NCBI GenBank assembly: GCA_965219135.1
Contig: CBDCMV010000003.1
Span: 423,856 to 487,855, forward strand
Length of the DNA stretch: 64,000 nucleotides
Source of the DNA: Alphaproteobacteria bacterium
GTDB lineage: Bacteria; Pseudomonadota; Alphaproteobacteria; VGEJ01
Direction: 5' to 3'
Positions 1-9,341 of the stretch are shown here, one piece after another; the first letter of the stretch is position 1, and each line of letters opens with the position of its first letter. A program made the translations under genes and the position numbers. Under the pieces are notes generated by a model that did no database searches, was not told the DNA's origin, and saw only the letters and a list, made by a program, of their open reading frames with translations.

Positions 1-1560
1 CCCGGTGGCCTTGGCGGTAAACGTGAGCGTGCCGTCAGCGCGACGCGCGGCGGCACCGTTGGCGCGGTCCTCCTTTCCGCCCTCGAAACCCCAGGGCGGG
101 TTCTTGGTGCGCTCAACGGCGATCGTTACCTCTGAATCCTCAAGCACGTGGAAGAACATGTCCATCCCCAGTCCGCCGCGATGCTCGCCCGGACTGCAGG
201 AATCCACCGCCAGCTCGACCCTTTCGAGAAGCCACGGGTTGCGAGCCTCCCACACCTCGATCGGCGAGAAGCGGGTCGCGGATTCGCAGATGTGCATCAT
301 GGTGCCGCCGTCGCCTCGGCTGTGTCCGCCCTGGCCCACCGGATGAGGCGATCCATCGGCCCACGCCTCGCCCGTCTTCTCGCGCACGCCCCACCACAGG
401 AGCGCGCAAATGTCGCCCCCCGACCACGCCGGTACCGCCTCGGGCATCGCCTTGGCGATGGCGTCGTAGATCACGTCCATCGCCTGCATCGAGGGCCAGC
501 CGTAAAGGAAGCACGGTGCCGGCGGCGTGGGATGGAACAGCGAGCCCTTGCGGGTGATCACCTTGAGCGGTCGGAACTGGCCCTCGTTCGGCGCCTCGGA
601 GTCCCCGGCGAGCACGCTGAGTGCGATGCGGGTGGCCGAAACGGTCTCGGGTAGCGGACAGTTGACCGGCCCGGCCAGCATGTCGGGGCAGCCCGAATAA
701 TCGACCCGCACCGTCGAGCCGTCGATCTCGACCACGACCTCGAAGGGGATCGGTTCGTCGTCCAGCCCGTCGTTGTCCATCTCGCCGTGGCCGACGTAGC
801 GGCCGTCGGGAAGGTTAGCGAAATAATTGCGGACGATCGCCTCGCCGTGATCGAACATGCGCTCGACCGATTTACCGAACTCGGCCAGCCCGAAACGCTC
901 GACGACATCAATAAGCGATGCCGCGCCGGCGCGCACGCCGGTTACCTGAGCGTTCATGTCGCCGGCCACCATCCGCGGCAGGCGCGAATTGGCGAGTACC
1001 GTGCGGTAGAGGTCCTCGTCGCGCTCGCCGCGACGGTAGAGCTTGATGCCGGGAAAGGTCGTCCCCTCTTGAAAGACATCCACGGTGTCCGTCGAATAGG
1101 GCGCCTTGCCGCCGATATCGAGCCAGTGACCCTTGATGGCGGCATAGCCGACAAGCTCGGTGCCGCCGAGGAACGCCGGCGTCACCATCGCCACGTCCTG
1201 CTGGTGCGAACCGGTGCCGTAGGGCCAGTTGTAGAGGATGACGTCGCCCGGCTCGAGCGCGTTCTCACCGCCGGAGGCCTCGACCGCCGCCTCGATGCAA
1301 AAACTCAGCGTGCCCATGAAGTGGGGCAGGCTGGGGGCTTGCGCAAGCAGCCTAAGATCGCGATCGTAGAGCGCGACCGCGAAGTCCAGCACCTCATAAA
1401 TGATCGGCGAAAACGCCGTGCGCACAAGCGCCCGCTTCATCTGGTTGGCCGCCGAATCGAGCGAGTGGCGAACGATCTCGGTCGTGACCGGATCCGCATC
1501 GGCGGTACCCGAGGTGCCACCGATGCCGGCCCTCGTGATGACGATCTCTGGCTCGCTCAT
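1..1560 (-). CDS. hydantoinase B/oxoprolinase family protein (3' end lies outside the window)
   Basis: Own translation of the minus strand. ATG at 1560-1558 (MSEPEIVITRAGIGG...) and the frame stays open to base 1, which is why it is absent from the ORF track. Contains blocks LEPGDVILYNWPYGTGSH, VDVFQEGT, AQVTGVRAGA, SPHPVGQGGH and EHRGGLG, typical of HyuB-type proteins. Clear paralog of the C-terminal part of ORF 13915..17319. Confidence 0.85.
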   Translation of the reverse strand, partial: MSEPEIVITRAGIGGTSGTADADPVTTEIVRHSLDSAANQMKRALVRTAFSPIIYEVLDFAVALYDRDLRLLAQAPSLPHFMGTLSFCIEAAVEASGGENALEPGDVILYNWPYGTGSHQQDVAMVTPAFLGGTELVGYAAIKGHWLDIGGKAPYSTDTVDVFQEGTTFPGIKLYRRGERDEDLYRTVLANSRLPRMVAGDMNAQVTGVRAGAASLIDVVERFGLAEFGKSVERMFDHGEAIVRNYFANLPDGRYVGHGEMDNDGLDDEPIPFEVVVEIDGSTVRVDYSGCPDMLAGPVNCPLPETVSATRIALSVLAGDSEAPNEGQFRPLKVITRKGSLFHPTPPAPCFLYGWPSMQAMDVIYDAIAKAMPEAVPAWSGGDICALLWWGVREKTGEAWADGSPHPVGQGGHSRGDGGTMMHICESATRFSPIEVWEARNPWLLERVELAVDSCSPGEHRGGLGMDMFFHVLEDSEVTIAVERTKNPPWGFEGGKEDRANGAAARRADGTLTFTAKATG

Positions 1561-1659
1561 AACTTCGCCTCCTTGGCCGCGAGGCCCGGGAGCGCCGCGG
1601 GCGGCGGCCCGTCCGTCGGGACCGGCCGCCGCCCGCTTAGTGTCGCCGAACGTCGCGCG

Positions 1660-3216
1660 TTAGCGCTTGGACCAGTACTTCGCTTCGTAGAACTGGCTCG
1701 ACTGGAAGTAGGTCACCCGTTTGTTCACGACCGCCGTGAAGTGCTCGGCGAAGACGTGAATCTTCGGTTGATCCGCGTACCACAGACTCGATATCTCCCG
1801 GTACATCTCGCGCTGCTTCGCCGGATCGGTCTCCCGCCTCGCCTTGTGCAGGATTTCGTCGGCCGCGGGGATGCATACCTCGCTCAGGTTGAAGCCGACG
1901 TTGCACAGGAGGTCGTAGCCGTGGAAGTAGCCCGCCTCAATGACGCCGGGTCCATCGAGCCGGATGTACGCCGGCGCGGTGTGGCTCTCGAGCGCCTCGA
2001 TGTACTGGGCGTTCGCGACCTTGCGGATGACGAGGTTGATGCCGAGCTCTTGCCACGTGTTCTGGGCGATCGTGGCAATCTGCTCAGCGACGTCATCGCC
2101 CTCCTGTAAGTACAGGGGCACCTCCACCGGCGTTTCGAGCCCCGATTCGGCCATCAACTGCTTGGCCTTGGCCATATCGAAGGTACGCGCCGGGGTCAGC
2201 GCCCCATCGTATTCGGGAAACGCCGGCGCCAGGGGCCCACCAAAGAGATCGCCGAAGCCGAAGGCGACGTTATCGAGAATCTCCTCGTAGGGTAGGGCGT
2301 GGGCGACGGCCATGCGCACCTTGGGATTGTCCCACGGCGGCTTGGAGTTGGGCAGGCCGATCTGCTGTGATTGCGTCGAAACCGTCGAGACGATGCGGCA
2401 ACAAGGATCGTCCCTGAGGCTATCGATCGCGTTCTTGGCCATGCCGAGCGTGATGTCGGCGTCTCCCGTGCGGGCCTGCAACAACAGCGTCGCACTGGTG
2501 TTGATCCAGTTGTAGACCACCGTATCGGCACCCGGACGCCAGCCGTGGTAATCGGGGTTGGCCTTCAGAACGGCCCGACTGTTGGGCTCGTATTCGGCGA
2601 GCGTGAACGGGCCCGAGCCCGCGGTGTGGGACGTCATCCACTCGTTCGGTCCGGTCACGACCCCGCCATGCTGGTCGACGACGGACTTGTCGACCAAAGA
2701 GGCGGCGGTCTGCGCCCAGTCCTGTAACGCGTTCTTGTCGGGCAGGTTGAGCGTGATCACCAGCTTGGTCGGACTTACCGCCTCGATGGTCTTGATCAAC
2801 GGCGGGTCGTAGAAGCCGTCATAGATGAAATAAGAGCCACAGCCGCCCATGTTGATGGAGCGCTCGAAGGAAAACTTAGCCGCAGCCGCGTCCATCGGAT
2901 GACCGCTCGGGAAGGCATAGCCGGCGGGCAGGATGAACGTGTAGACGAGGCCGTCGTCACTAATGTTGATGGCCCGGGCAAAGTGCGGGACCATGCTGTC
3001 GGTATTGGTTTCGGTACTGACCCCGTCGGGGTTGACCTTGTCGGCGTACTTGGTCAGCCGGGTATAGAAGTTTCGGACGAAGCTGTTCTCCCACGGCCCG
3101 CACGTCCAGCCCGGATCGAGTGTGGCCGGCGCCGGCGCGACGTTGACAACGAGTGTTTCATTAGTCCTGCGCCAGCGCCGCGTTGCCGGCGAGGCCCGCC
3201 AAGGCAATAGCAGCAA
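1660..3216 (-). CDS. ABC transporter substrate-binding protein, family 5 (peptide/nickel/opine type); signal peptide is in another frame
   Basis: 518-aa ORF with family-5 SBP features (..LVVNVAPAPATLDPGW.., ..YNWINTSATLLLQARTGDADI..). A strong SD (AGGGAGGA) plus ATG at 3238 encodes MRKNLFSIAAIALAGLAGNAALAQD and then hits TAA at 3163-3161, one frame off from the mature part. Confidence 0.85.
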   Translation of the reverse strand: MLLLPWRASPATRRWRRTNETLVVNVAPAPATLDPGWTCGPWENSFVRNFYTRLTKYADKVNPDGVSTETNTDSMVPHFARAINISDDGLVYTFILPAGYAFPSGHPMDAAAAKFSFERSINMGGCGSYFIYDGFYDPPLIKTIEAVSPTKLVITLNLPDKNALQDWAQTAASLVDKSVVDQHGGVVTGPNEWMTSHTAGSGPFTLAEYEPNSRAVLKANPDYHGWRPGADTVVYNWINTSATLLLQARTGDADITLGMAKNAIDSLRDDPCCRIVSTVSTQSQQIGLPNSKPPWDNPKVRMAVAHALPYEEILDNVAFGFGDLFGGPLAPAFPEYDGALTPARTFDMAKAKQLMAESGLETPVEVPLYLQEGDDVAEQIATIAQNTWQELGINLVIRKVANAQYIEALESHTAPAYIRLDGPGVIEAGYFHGYDLLCNVGFNLSEVCIPAADEILHKARRETDPAKQREMYREISSLWYADQPKIHVFAEHFTAVVNKRVTYFQSSQFYEAKYWSKR

Positions 3217-3304
3217 TCGAAAAGAGATTTTTTCTCATGAGTTCCTCCCTTTAACCTGTGGGGATCATTGCATCACGGGGAAGAAAGTCAACTTGGTTAT
3301 GGCC

Positions 3305-4348
3305 TTAGCACGATGCGGCCGATGACCTTGCCGGCGCGAAGGTCTGCGAGGGGCTCGATGCCTGCTCCAGCGGGCGGGTCTCGATCGGCGGCGGCGTGAT
3401 ACGTCCATCGCGCACGAGCGCCAGCATCTCGTGCGTCTCCTCGAGCGTGCCGACGAAAGAGCCGACGATGCGCCTGGCGCGCATCGGAATCAGCGGCAGC
3501 GCCAGACTCAAACTGCCGCCGAACAATCCAACAAGAACGAGCGTGCCGCCGCGCCGCAGCGAATCGAGACCCAACCGCGCCGTCGCCGGGGCGCCGACGA
3601 AATCGATCGCCGCTCCGACGCCCCCCTTGGCCAACTCGCGTACCTCGGCGGCCGCGTCCTCGCCGCCGGCGTCAATGGTGGCGTGGGCGCCCGCCTTGCA
3701 CGCGGCTTCAATTTTCCGCGGGTCGATGTCGGCGACGATAATCTTGTTATCGCCCATCGCCCGGGCAAAGCTGAGCGCCATCAGGCCGAGCCCTCCGGCG
3801 CCGATGATCAGGAGCTGGCGGCGTTTGTCGAACGGCATCACTTTCTTGAGCGCGGCGTAGCTGGTCACCCCCGAGCACGCGTAGACGCATGCCTTGGCCT
3901 CCGGGATGGCGGCGGCATCCAACAGATAGCGGGGATGCGGCACGGTGACGTACTCGCTGTAGCCTCCGGCGCGATGGGTGCCGAGAAATCGCGGCGTGGG
4001 GCATAGGTTCTCGGCGCCGTCGAGGCAGTCCTCGCATTCGTCGCAGCCGATCCATGGGTGCACCAGCCGCCGGCCGCCCACGGCCAAGCGCCCGCCGTCA
4101 GGCCCCACCGCGGCCACGTCGCCGACGATCTCGTGGCCCAGGGTGTGCGGCAGGGTGAAGCGCCCCGCGATGTCGATGCGTTGGCCCTCCCCGAGATCGT
4201 AAAACCCCTCCCACAGGTGCACGTCCGAGTGGCACACCCCGCAGGCCGTCACCTTCATCAGTACCTCCGTGCCTTGGGGTGGCGGCGGCTCGTCGGTGGT
4301 GCGCTCCTCGAGCGCCTCGCCGAAGGCGACGATTTGCATGCTGCGCAT
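3305..4348 (-). CDS. zinc-dependent alcohol dehydrogenase family oxidoreductase (C-terminal frameshift suspected)
   Basis: 347-aa ORF with GVCHSDVH, GHEIVG, a C-x2-C-x2-C-x7-C structural zinc site (CDECEDCLDGAENLC) and a GAGGLG Rossmann motif. The expected C-terminus ..PLADLRAGKVIGRIVLRP* is readable in another frame, ending at 3297. Confidence 0.88.
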   Translation of the reverse strand: MRSMQIVAFGEALEERTTDEPPPPQGTEVLMKVTACGVCHSDVHLWEGFYDLGEGQRIDIAGRFTLPHTLGHEIVGDVAAVGPDGGRLAVGGRRLVHPWIGCDECEDCLDGAENLCPTPRFLGTHRAGGYSEYVTVPHPRYLLDAAAIPEAKACVYACSGVTSYAALKKVMPFDKRRQLLIIGAGGLGLMALSFARAMGDNKIIVADIDPRKIEAACKAGAHATIDAGGEDAAAEVRELAKGGVGAAIDFVGAPATARLGLDSLRRGGTLVLVGLFGGSLSLALPLIPMRARRIVGSFVGTLEETHEMLALVRDGRITPPPIETRPLEQASSPSQTFAPARSSAASC

Positions 4349-4351
4349 GGG

Positions 4352-5293
4352 TCAGTACGTGACGGCGGTGGTCCAGGCCGGATCGCGGTGTTTGTCCCAG
4401 TAGAGATCGGTGAGGCGCCGGGTCATCCGCCCGGCGCGGCCGTCGCCGATCGCGCTATCGTCGATCCGCGTTACCGGCATGATGCCGCCGGCGGTCGAGG
4501 TGATGAAGACCTCATCGGCGGCGCGCAACGCCTCGGCCGGGACCGTGCGAACGTTCGTCGCGATCCCCAGTTCGGCGCACAGTTCGAGCGCCGTCTGGCG
4601 GGTAATGCCGTGCAAGACCCCGACCGCCGGCGTCGCTACCTCGCCCTCGGCAACGATGAAGACGTTGAAGCCGGGTCCCTCGGTAATGTCACCGCGCGAA
4701 TCGACCAAAATGACGTTCTCACCGCCGCGGTCGTAGGCATCGAACAGGCCGTTCACGAAATCAAGCCAGTGGTAGTTCTTGATCGTGGAATCCACCGCCT
4801 CGGGCGGAATGCGCCGTACCGAGCTCACGATCAGGCGGAGCCCGCGCTCGCGTTGCTCGGCATCGGCGACCCAGCTGAAGGGCAGTGAGAAGGCGTAGAA
4901 CCGATTGATCGCCGCGCGCGGGTCGCGCGCGAACGTCGGCGAGAATCCGCGGGTGCAGACCATCTCGACATAGGCCTCGCGCAGGCCCGAGCGGCGCACG
5001 CACTCGGCCAGTATGGCGCCAAGCTCGTCCTCGTCTACCGGCACCGCGAGCCGCAGCCGTGCCGCCGAGTTCATGAACCGGGCGATGTGCCTGTCGAGGC
5101 GAAAGAAGCGGCCGTCCCACACGTGGACCACGTCGTAGGTGGCGTCCGAGCGCAGGAACCCCCAGTCCAAGACCGGTATCTTGGCTTCGGTAACCGGGCA
5201 GTAGGCGCCGTCGATGTAGGCGATTCCGGGCAGCGACCCCTCGTGGGGCGTCGCTGAATCTCGTGCGGCGTCGAGATCGGATACTTGGCTCAT
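4352..5293 (-). CDS. class IV (branched-chain / D-amino-acid) aminotransferase family protein
   Basis: ORF 4352..5449; probable ATG at 5293 (MSQVSDLD..). Has class IV aminotransferase-like blocks (..DATYDVVHVWDGRFFRLDRHIARF.., ..EGPGFNVF.., ..EVFITSTAGGIMPV..). Confidence 0.85.
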   Translation of the reverse strand: MSQVSDLDAARDSATPHEGSLPGIAYIDGAYCPVTEAKIPVLDWGFLRSDATYDVVHVWDGRFFRLDRHIARFMNSAARLRLAVPVDEDELGAILAECVRRSGLREAYVEMVCTRGFSPTFARDPRAAINRFYAFSLPFSWVADAEQRERGLRLIVSSVRRIPPEAVDSTIKNYHWLDFVNGLFDAYDRGGENVILVDSRGDITEGPGFNVFIVAEGEVATPAVGVLHGITRQTALELCAELGIATNVRTVPAEALRAADEVFITSTAGGIMPVTRIDDSAIGDGRAGRMTRRLTDLYWDKHRDPAWTTAVTY

Positions 5294-5427
5294 TGGGCTC
5301 TCCAGCTTCGTCTCAAGCGCGCCAGTGTAGCCCATTATCACGCGCGGCGACACGCGGGCGACGTTCCCAGGTACGCCTGAGCCGTGGTATCGTGGATCAA
5401 AACGCAAGCACTGAAAGGGGCGAAGAG

Positions 5428-7155
5428 ATGGCGGGTGAGCACGGCACATCCGTTCACGCGTACGTACCCGAACTCGTCGACCAGTTGCGCCGCGGCGTAA
5501 TCTCCCGGCGCCAGTTCATGCGGACCGCCAGCCTGCTCGGCGTCACCGCCGCAACCGCGGCGATGCTTGGCGGCTGCGGCGAGGGCGAAGAAGAGGAGGC
5601 CGAGGCGCCCGCGCCCGAGCCGGAGGCCGCCGCTGAACCCGAGGCGCCCAAGGGGCCCAATATTGGCGGCACCCTCAGGGTGTCGATGCGGGTGCACGAT
5701 CTTGCGGACCCGGCGACGTACGTTTCGCCCGAGCAGGGGAATATCGCCCGCCACATGGTCGAGCCTTTGGTGCGGTTGAACAAAGACAACATCGCCGAGC
5801 CCTACCTCGCCGAGCGCTGGGAGGTGTCCGAAGACCTCAAGACCTGGACCCTGCACCTGCGCAAGGATGCCAAGTGGTCGAACTTCGACCAGGAAGTATT
5901 CAATGCCGATGACGTCGTCTTCAACTTCAAACGCTGGCTGGATCCCGCCCGGGGCTCGTCGAACGCGGTCCGTTTCGCCGCGCTGAACGCAAGCGGGGTC
6001 GAGAAGGTGGATGACTTCACCGTTCGCCTTCATCTCGACCGACCCGATCTGAGCGTGCCCGAGAGCTTGGCCGAGTACCCGGCCCTCATCCTTCACCGCA
6101 AGTTCGACGAGGAAGGCGGTGATTTGCCGGCCAACCCGATCGGCACCGGCCCATACAAGATCAGAGAGTATCGGCAGGGCGAGCACACCCTTTTGGAGCG
6201 GACGCGTGATCCGGCGTTCGGTTTCAAGGCCGAGTGGTGGGGCGGCGGCGGCTACCTCGACCGAATTCGATACTTCGATCATGGCGCCGATCCGGCCGCC
6301 TCGGTCGGCGCCTTGGTGGCGGACGAAGTCGATTTCAGCCACCACGTGGACGCGGCTCAAGCCGCGGTCGCGGCGGAATCGCCCGAGCTCGCGCTCTACG
6401 AGGCGGCCTCGGCGCACACCGGCGTCATGCGCATGAAGGTGACCGAGGCGCCCTTCGACCAGGCGGCGGTGCGCCGGGCGGTGCAGGCGTGCGTGGATCG
6501 CGACGCGCTGGTGATGGCGGTGAACGGCGGGTTCGGCGCCGCGGGCGAGGACCACCACGTGGCGCCCGTCCATCCCGACTACGCGCCACTTCCGAAACTC
6601 GCCCAAGACCACGAGCGCACACGGGCCCAGTTGGCCGAAGCGGGCCATGCCGGCGGCTTGGCGATCAGTATCGACTGCGCTGCCGAGCCGGTCTGGCACC
6701 AGGCGGCCTGCAACGCGCTGGCGGAGATGTGCGAACCCGCGGGCATCACCCTAACCGTCAATGTCGTCCCGCCCGATAGCTACGCCGAGCGGTGGCTGAC
6801 GACGCCGTTCGGGCTGACGGCGTGGGACCACCGCGGGCTTGGCATCCAAGTGCTAACCCACGCCTATCGCACCGGCGCGCCATGGAACGAGTCCTCGTAC
6901 GCCAACGAGGCATTCGATTCGCTATTGGACGAGGCTGGCGCGATCCTCGACCCCGTGGCGCGGCGCGGGGCGATGGAGAAGGTCGAAAAGACCCTCCAAG
7001 GCGACGCCGTGATGGTGCAGGCGCCGTGGCGGCCGGCGTTGTCCGCGGCCAACAAGCGGGTTCAGGACCTCTACGCCCACGCCGCGTCCGAGCAACACTT
7101 CAACTTTGTCTGGTTGACCGAATCGGTGCGCGGCAGACCCACCGCGGACACCTAG
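5428..7155 (+). CDS. ABC transporter substrate-binding protein, family 5, Tat-type signal
   Basis: In-frame ATG at 5428 (MAGEHG..). Twin-arginine-like SRRQFMRTASLLGVTAATAAMLGGC, then a family-5 SBP body. Confidence 0.85.
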   Translation: MAGEHGTSVHAYVPELVDQLRRGVISRRQFMRTASLLGVTAATAAMLGGCGEGEEEEAEAPAPEPEAAAEPEAPKGPNIGGTLRVSMRVHDLADPATYVSPEQGNIARHMVEPLVRLNKDNIAEPYLAERWEVSEDLKTWTLHLRKDAKWSNFDQEVFNADDVVFNFKRWLDPARGSSNAVRFAALNASGVEKVDDFTVRLHLDRPDLSVPESLAEYPALILHRKFDEEGGDLPANPIGTGPYKIREYRQGEHTLLERTRDPAFGFKAEWWGGGGYLDRIRYFDHGADPAASVGALVADEVDFSHHVDAAQAAVAAESPELALYEAASAHTGVMRMKVTEAPFDQAAVRRAVQACVDRDALVMAVNGGFGAAGEDHHVAPVHPDYAPLPKLAQDHERTRAQLAEAGHAGGLAISIDCAAEPVWHQAACNALAEMCEPAGITLTVNVVPPDSYAERWLTTPFGLTAWDHRGLGIQVLTHAYRTGAPWNESSYANEAFDSLLDEAGAILDPVARRGAMEKVEKTLQGDAVMVQAPWRPALSAANKRVQDLYAHAASEQHFNFVWLTESVRGRPTADT

Positions 7156-7170
7156 CCACCGGGCCGGTCG

Positions 7171-7189
7171 CGCAATTTGAATTGCGTTT
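7171..7189 (+). terminator. weak hairpin plus TTT after the SBP gene
   Basis: CGCAAT-TTGA-ATTGCG followed by TTT, 16 nt after the stop at 7155. The stem is short and AT-rich, so it could instead be an operator. Confidence 0.3.
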
Positions 7190-7239
7190 GAGTACCAGCC
7201 GAGCCACACTCGTTCAAGCTTTACCATGGGAGGAAGACA

Positions 7240-8295
7240 ATGAGAACATCATTCATCATCAGATCGGCCTGTGCCGCCCTCGGCTTCTTGGGCGTCATCG
7301 CGCTGACTCAGTCGGCTTCGGCCACCGGCGAGCTTCGCTTGGCTTTCTGGGAGGGCTATGGCGACGATGACTGGGTAGCCGAATTCGAATCGAACTTCGA
7401 TTGCAAGGCCAACGTCATCTACAACACCGACCTCGGCGACCTGTGGACCAAGATCAAGGCGACCGAAGGCAAGGACTACGACATATTCGCGCTCGATACG
7501 GGCGGGTCGCTAAAGTATTGGCAACACGGACTCACGCGGGCATGGGACTTGTCGAAGATTCCCAATACCAGCAATCAGCTGGCGGCGATGCAGGATCTCA
7601 CGCGGGTGCCCAACGCCATCCACGACGGCGAACCCTTCGGCATTCCGATGGCCTGGGGCTCCATGGGCATCATCTACGACGTCGACCAGGTGGTTCCGGC
7701 GCCGACGTCGTGGGATGCGCTTTGGGATCCGAAGTACAAAGGCAAGATTCTGGTGTCGGACTTCGACAGCGACATGATCACGATGGCGGCCCAGTCGCTC
7801 GGCATCAAGGATCCGTTCCATCTCACCGAGCCGCAACTTGCTCAGGTTAGAGAAAAGCTCGCCAAGCTGCTGTCGCACTCGAAGGCGATCTACAAGTCGG
7901 CGGAGGAGAGCCTACGGATGTGGGAGGAAGGCGACATCGTCATGATGTTCGCCAATCTCGGCGAACTGCAGGAGATCAACTTCAATGATGCCGGGCACAA
8001 CATCCGCTACATCTTCCCGGAAGAGAACGACACCTTCGCGTGGCTCGATGTGTTCTCGCTAACCGTCGGCGTCGAGCCGGGCAGTGAGCGTTACGAATGC
8101 GCCCATCATTGGGTCAATTTCTTCTTGCAGAAAAGGATCAGCGAGCAGATGACCGAGCGTTACGGCTATGGCAGCACCGTCAGTGCCGCGGCGTCGTATC
8201 GTCCGACCGATCGCGTGATCTGGAAGACCGATGTCGAGTCCGACCAGGGTCGTACCGACATGTGGAACGAGCTTAAGGCCTCAGCCAGCCAGTAA
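7240..8295 (+). CDS. spermidine/putrescine-type (PotD/PotF-like) ABC substrate-binding protein
   Basis: SD GGGAGGAAG upstream of the ATG, a signal peptide, and a PotD-like body. Paralog of 43178..44215. Confidence 0.85.
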   Translation: MRTSFIIRSACAALGFLGVIALTQSASATGELRLAFWEGYGDDDWVAEFESNFDCKANVIYNTDLGDLWTKIKATEGKDYDIFALDTGGSLKYWQHGLTRAWDLSKIPNTSNQLAAMQDLTRVPNAIHDGEPFGIPMAWGSMGIIYDVDQVVPAPTSWDALWDPKYKGKILVSDFDSDMITMAAQSLGIKDPFHLTEPQLAQVREKLAKLLSHSKAIYKSAEESLRMWEEGDIVMMFANLGELQEINFNDAGHNIRYIFPEENDTFAWLDVFSLTVGVEPGSERYECAHHWVNFFLQKRISEQMTERYGYGSTVSAAASYRPTDRVIWKTDVESDQGRTDMWNELKASASQ

Positions 8296-8561
8296 GCAGC
8301 TGGCAGTGGAACTGCGGCGGCCCCGTCACTTCGGTGGAACGTTCATCGCCTGCCGGGTGACGGGGACGACGCGGCGACGCGCCGGTTGGCAGGGCGATTA
8401 GTACGCGTACCGAGGCCCGTGGCGGCCTAGACAGCTTCGGCGGCAACAGGGCTCGCGGTCGTTTCGGCGCACCTGCCGGCATCGAGACCGCCGCTCGCCT
8501 GCGGCGTGGGGCGTGGGAGTTCTTCAACTACGGGCTCCCGGTCCTCATCATTTTCGTCCCT

Positions 8562-9341
8562 GTGGCCTCATTCTTGGTCCACAGCTTCTATCACGTCAAT
8601 ATCGAAGAGTTCGAGATCATCAAGAGCCCGCTGTCGCTGGTGAATTTCGAACGGCTGATCGCCGACCAGATCTACATTCCCCTCTTTCTGAAGACCTGCT
8701 GGCTGGCGGTCCAGGTGGCGCTGGTGTGCCTGGTGATCGGCTACCCGGTCGCCTACTTTCTTGCTTCGCTCGGTGGCCGCGTCAAGTACGCCGCACTCCT
8801 GATGTTCGTGATCCCGCTCTTGATGAGTTACCTCATCAAAATCTACGCGATCCAAGGGATGCTGGGGAAAACCGGTTTCCTCAACCACGGGCTGGTCTTC
8901 CTTGGCGTGCTGGACGAGCCGACCGACCTCCTTCTGTTCAACCTCACCGCCGTCAAGGTTGCGCTCGCCATTGCGATCCTGCCGTTTACCATCCTGCCCA
9001 TCTTCGTGTCGCTCGAGAAGATCCCGCCGGCGCTTCTCGAGGCATCGGCGGACCTCGGCGCGCGCTCGTGGCCGACCTTCCGCCGCATCATCGTCCCGAT
9101 GAGCCTGCCGGGCACGGTGGTCGGCGTCTCGTTCACCTTCGTGCTCGCGGTCGGCGACTTCATCGCGCCGCAGCTGGTCGGCGGCGTAAGTGGCTTCACC
9201 TATGGCCGCGCCGTCTACAGCCAGTTCGGCATGGCGTTCAACTGGCCTTTTGGTGCGACGCTGGCCGTCCTCCTACTCGTGGTGGTGTTGGGCGCGATGG
9301 TGCTGGCGGGTCGGCTCGGCCGGCCCAAGGGAGAAACCTGA
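8562..9341 (+). CDS. ABC transporter permease (PotB-like); true N-terminus unresolved
   Basis: 259-aa ORF with the EAA-type loop LEASADLGARSWPTFRRIIVPMS. The frame is open and looks coding upstream to 8361 but has no in-frame ATG/GTG/TTG there. Confidence 0.8.
   Translation: MASFLVHSFYHVNIEEFEIIKSPLSLVNFERLIADQIYIPLFLKTCWLAVQVALVCLVIGYPVAYFLASLGGRVKYAALLMFVIPLLMSYLIKIYAIQGMLGKTGFLNHGLVFLGVLDEPTDLLLFNLTAVKVALAIAILPFTILPIFVSLEKIPPALLEASADLGARSWPTFRRIIVPMSLPGTVVGVSFTFVLAVGDFIAPQLVGGVSGFTYGRAVYSQFGMAFNWPFGATLAVLLLVVVLGAMVLAGRLGRPKGET

Noticed and set aside
787-2109. 440-aa plus-strand ORF
   Set aside because: It lies antisense to the HyuB gene (1..1560) and to the SBP gene. The sequence is Arg/Ala/Gly-rich with no recognisable motifs, which is a typical high-GC shadow ORF.
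5338-6699. 453-aa minus-strand ORF
   Set aside because: Antisense to the well-supported family-5 binding-protein gene. The composition is low-complexity and Arg-rich.
8296-8430. Possible remnant of a PotA-type ATPase (..VELRRPRHFGGTFIA.. vaguely like l.l..v.k.fGg..a)
   Set aside because: The similarity is limited to an FGG tripeptide context. There is no Walker A in any frame downstream, so it is too weak to call.
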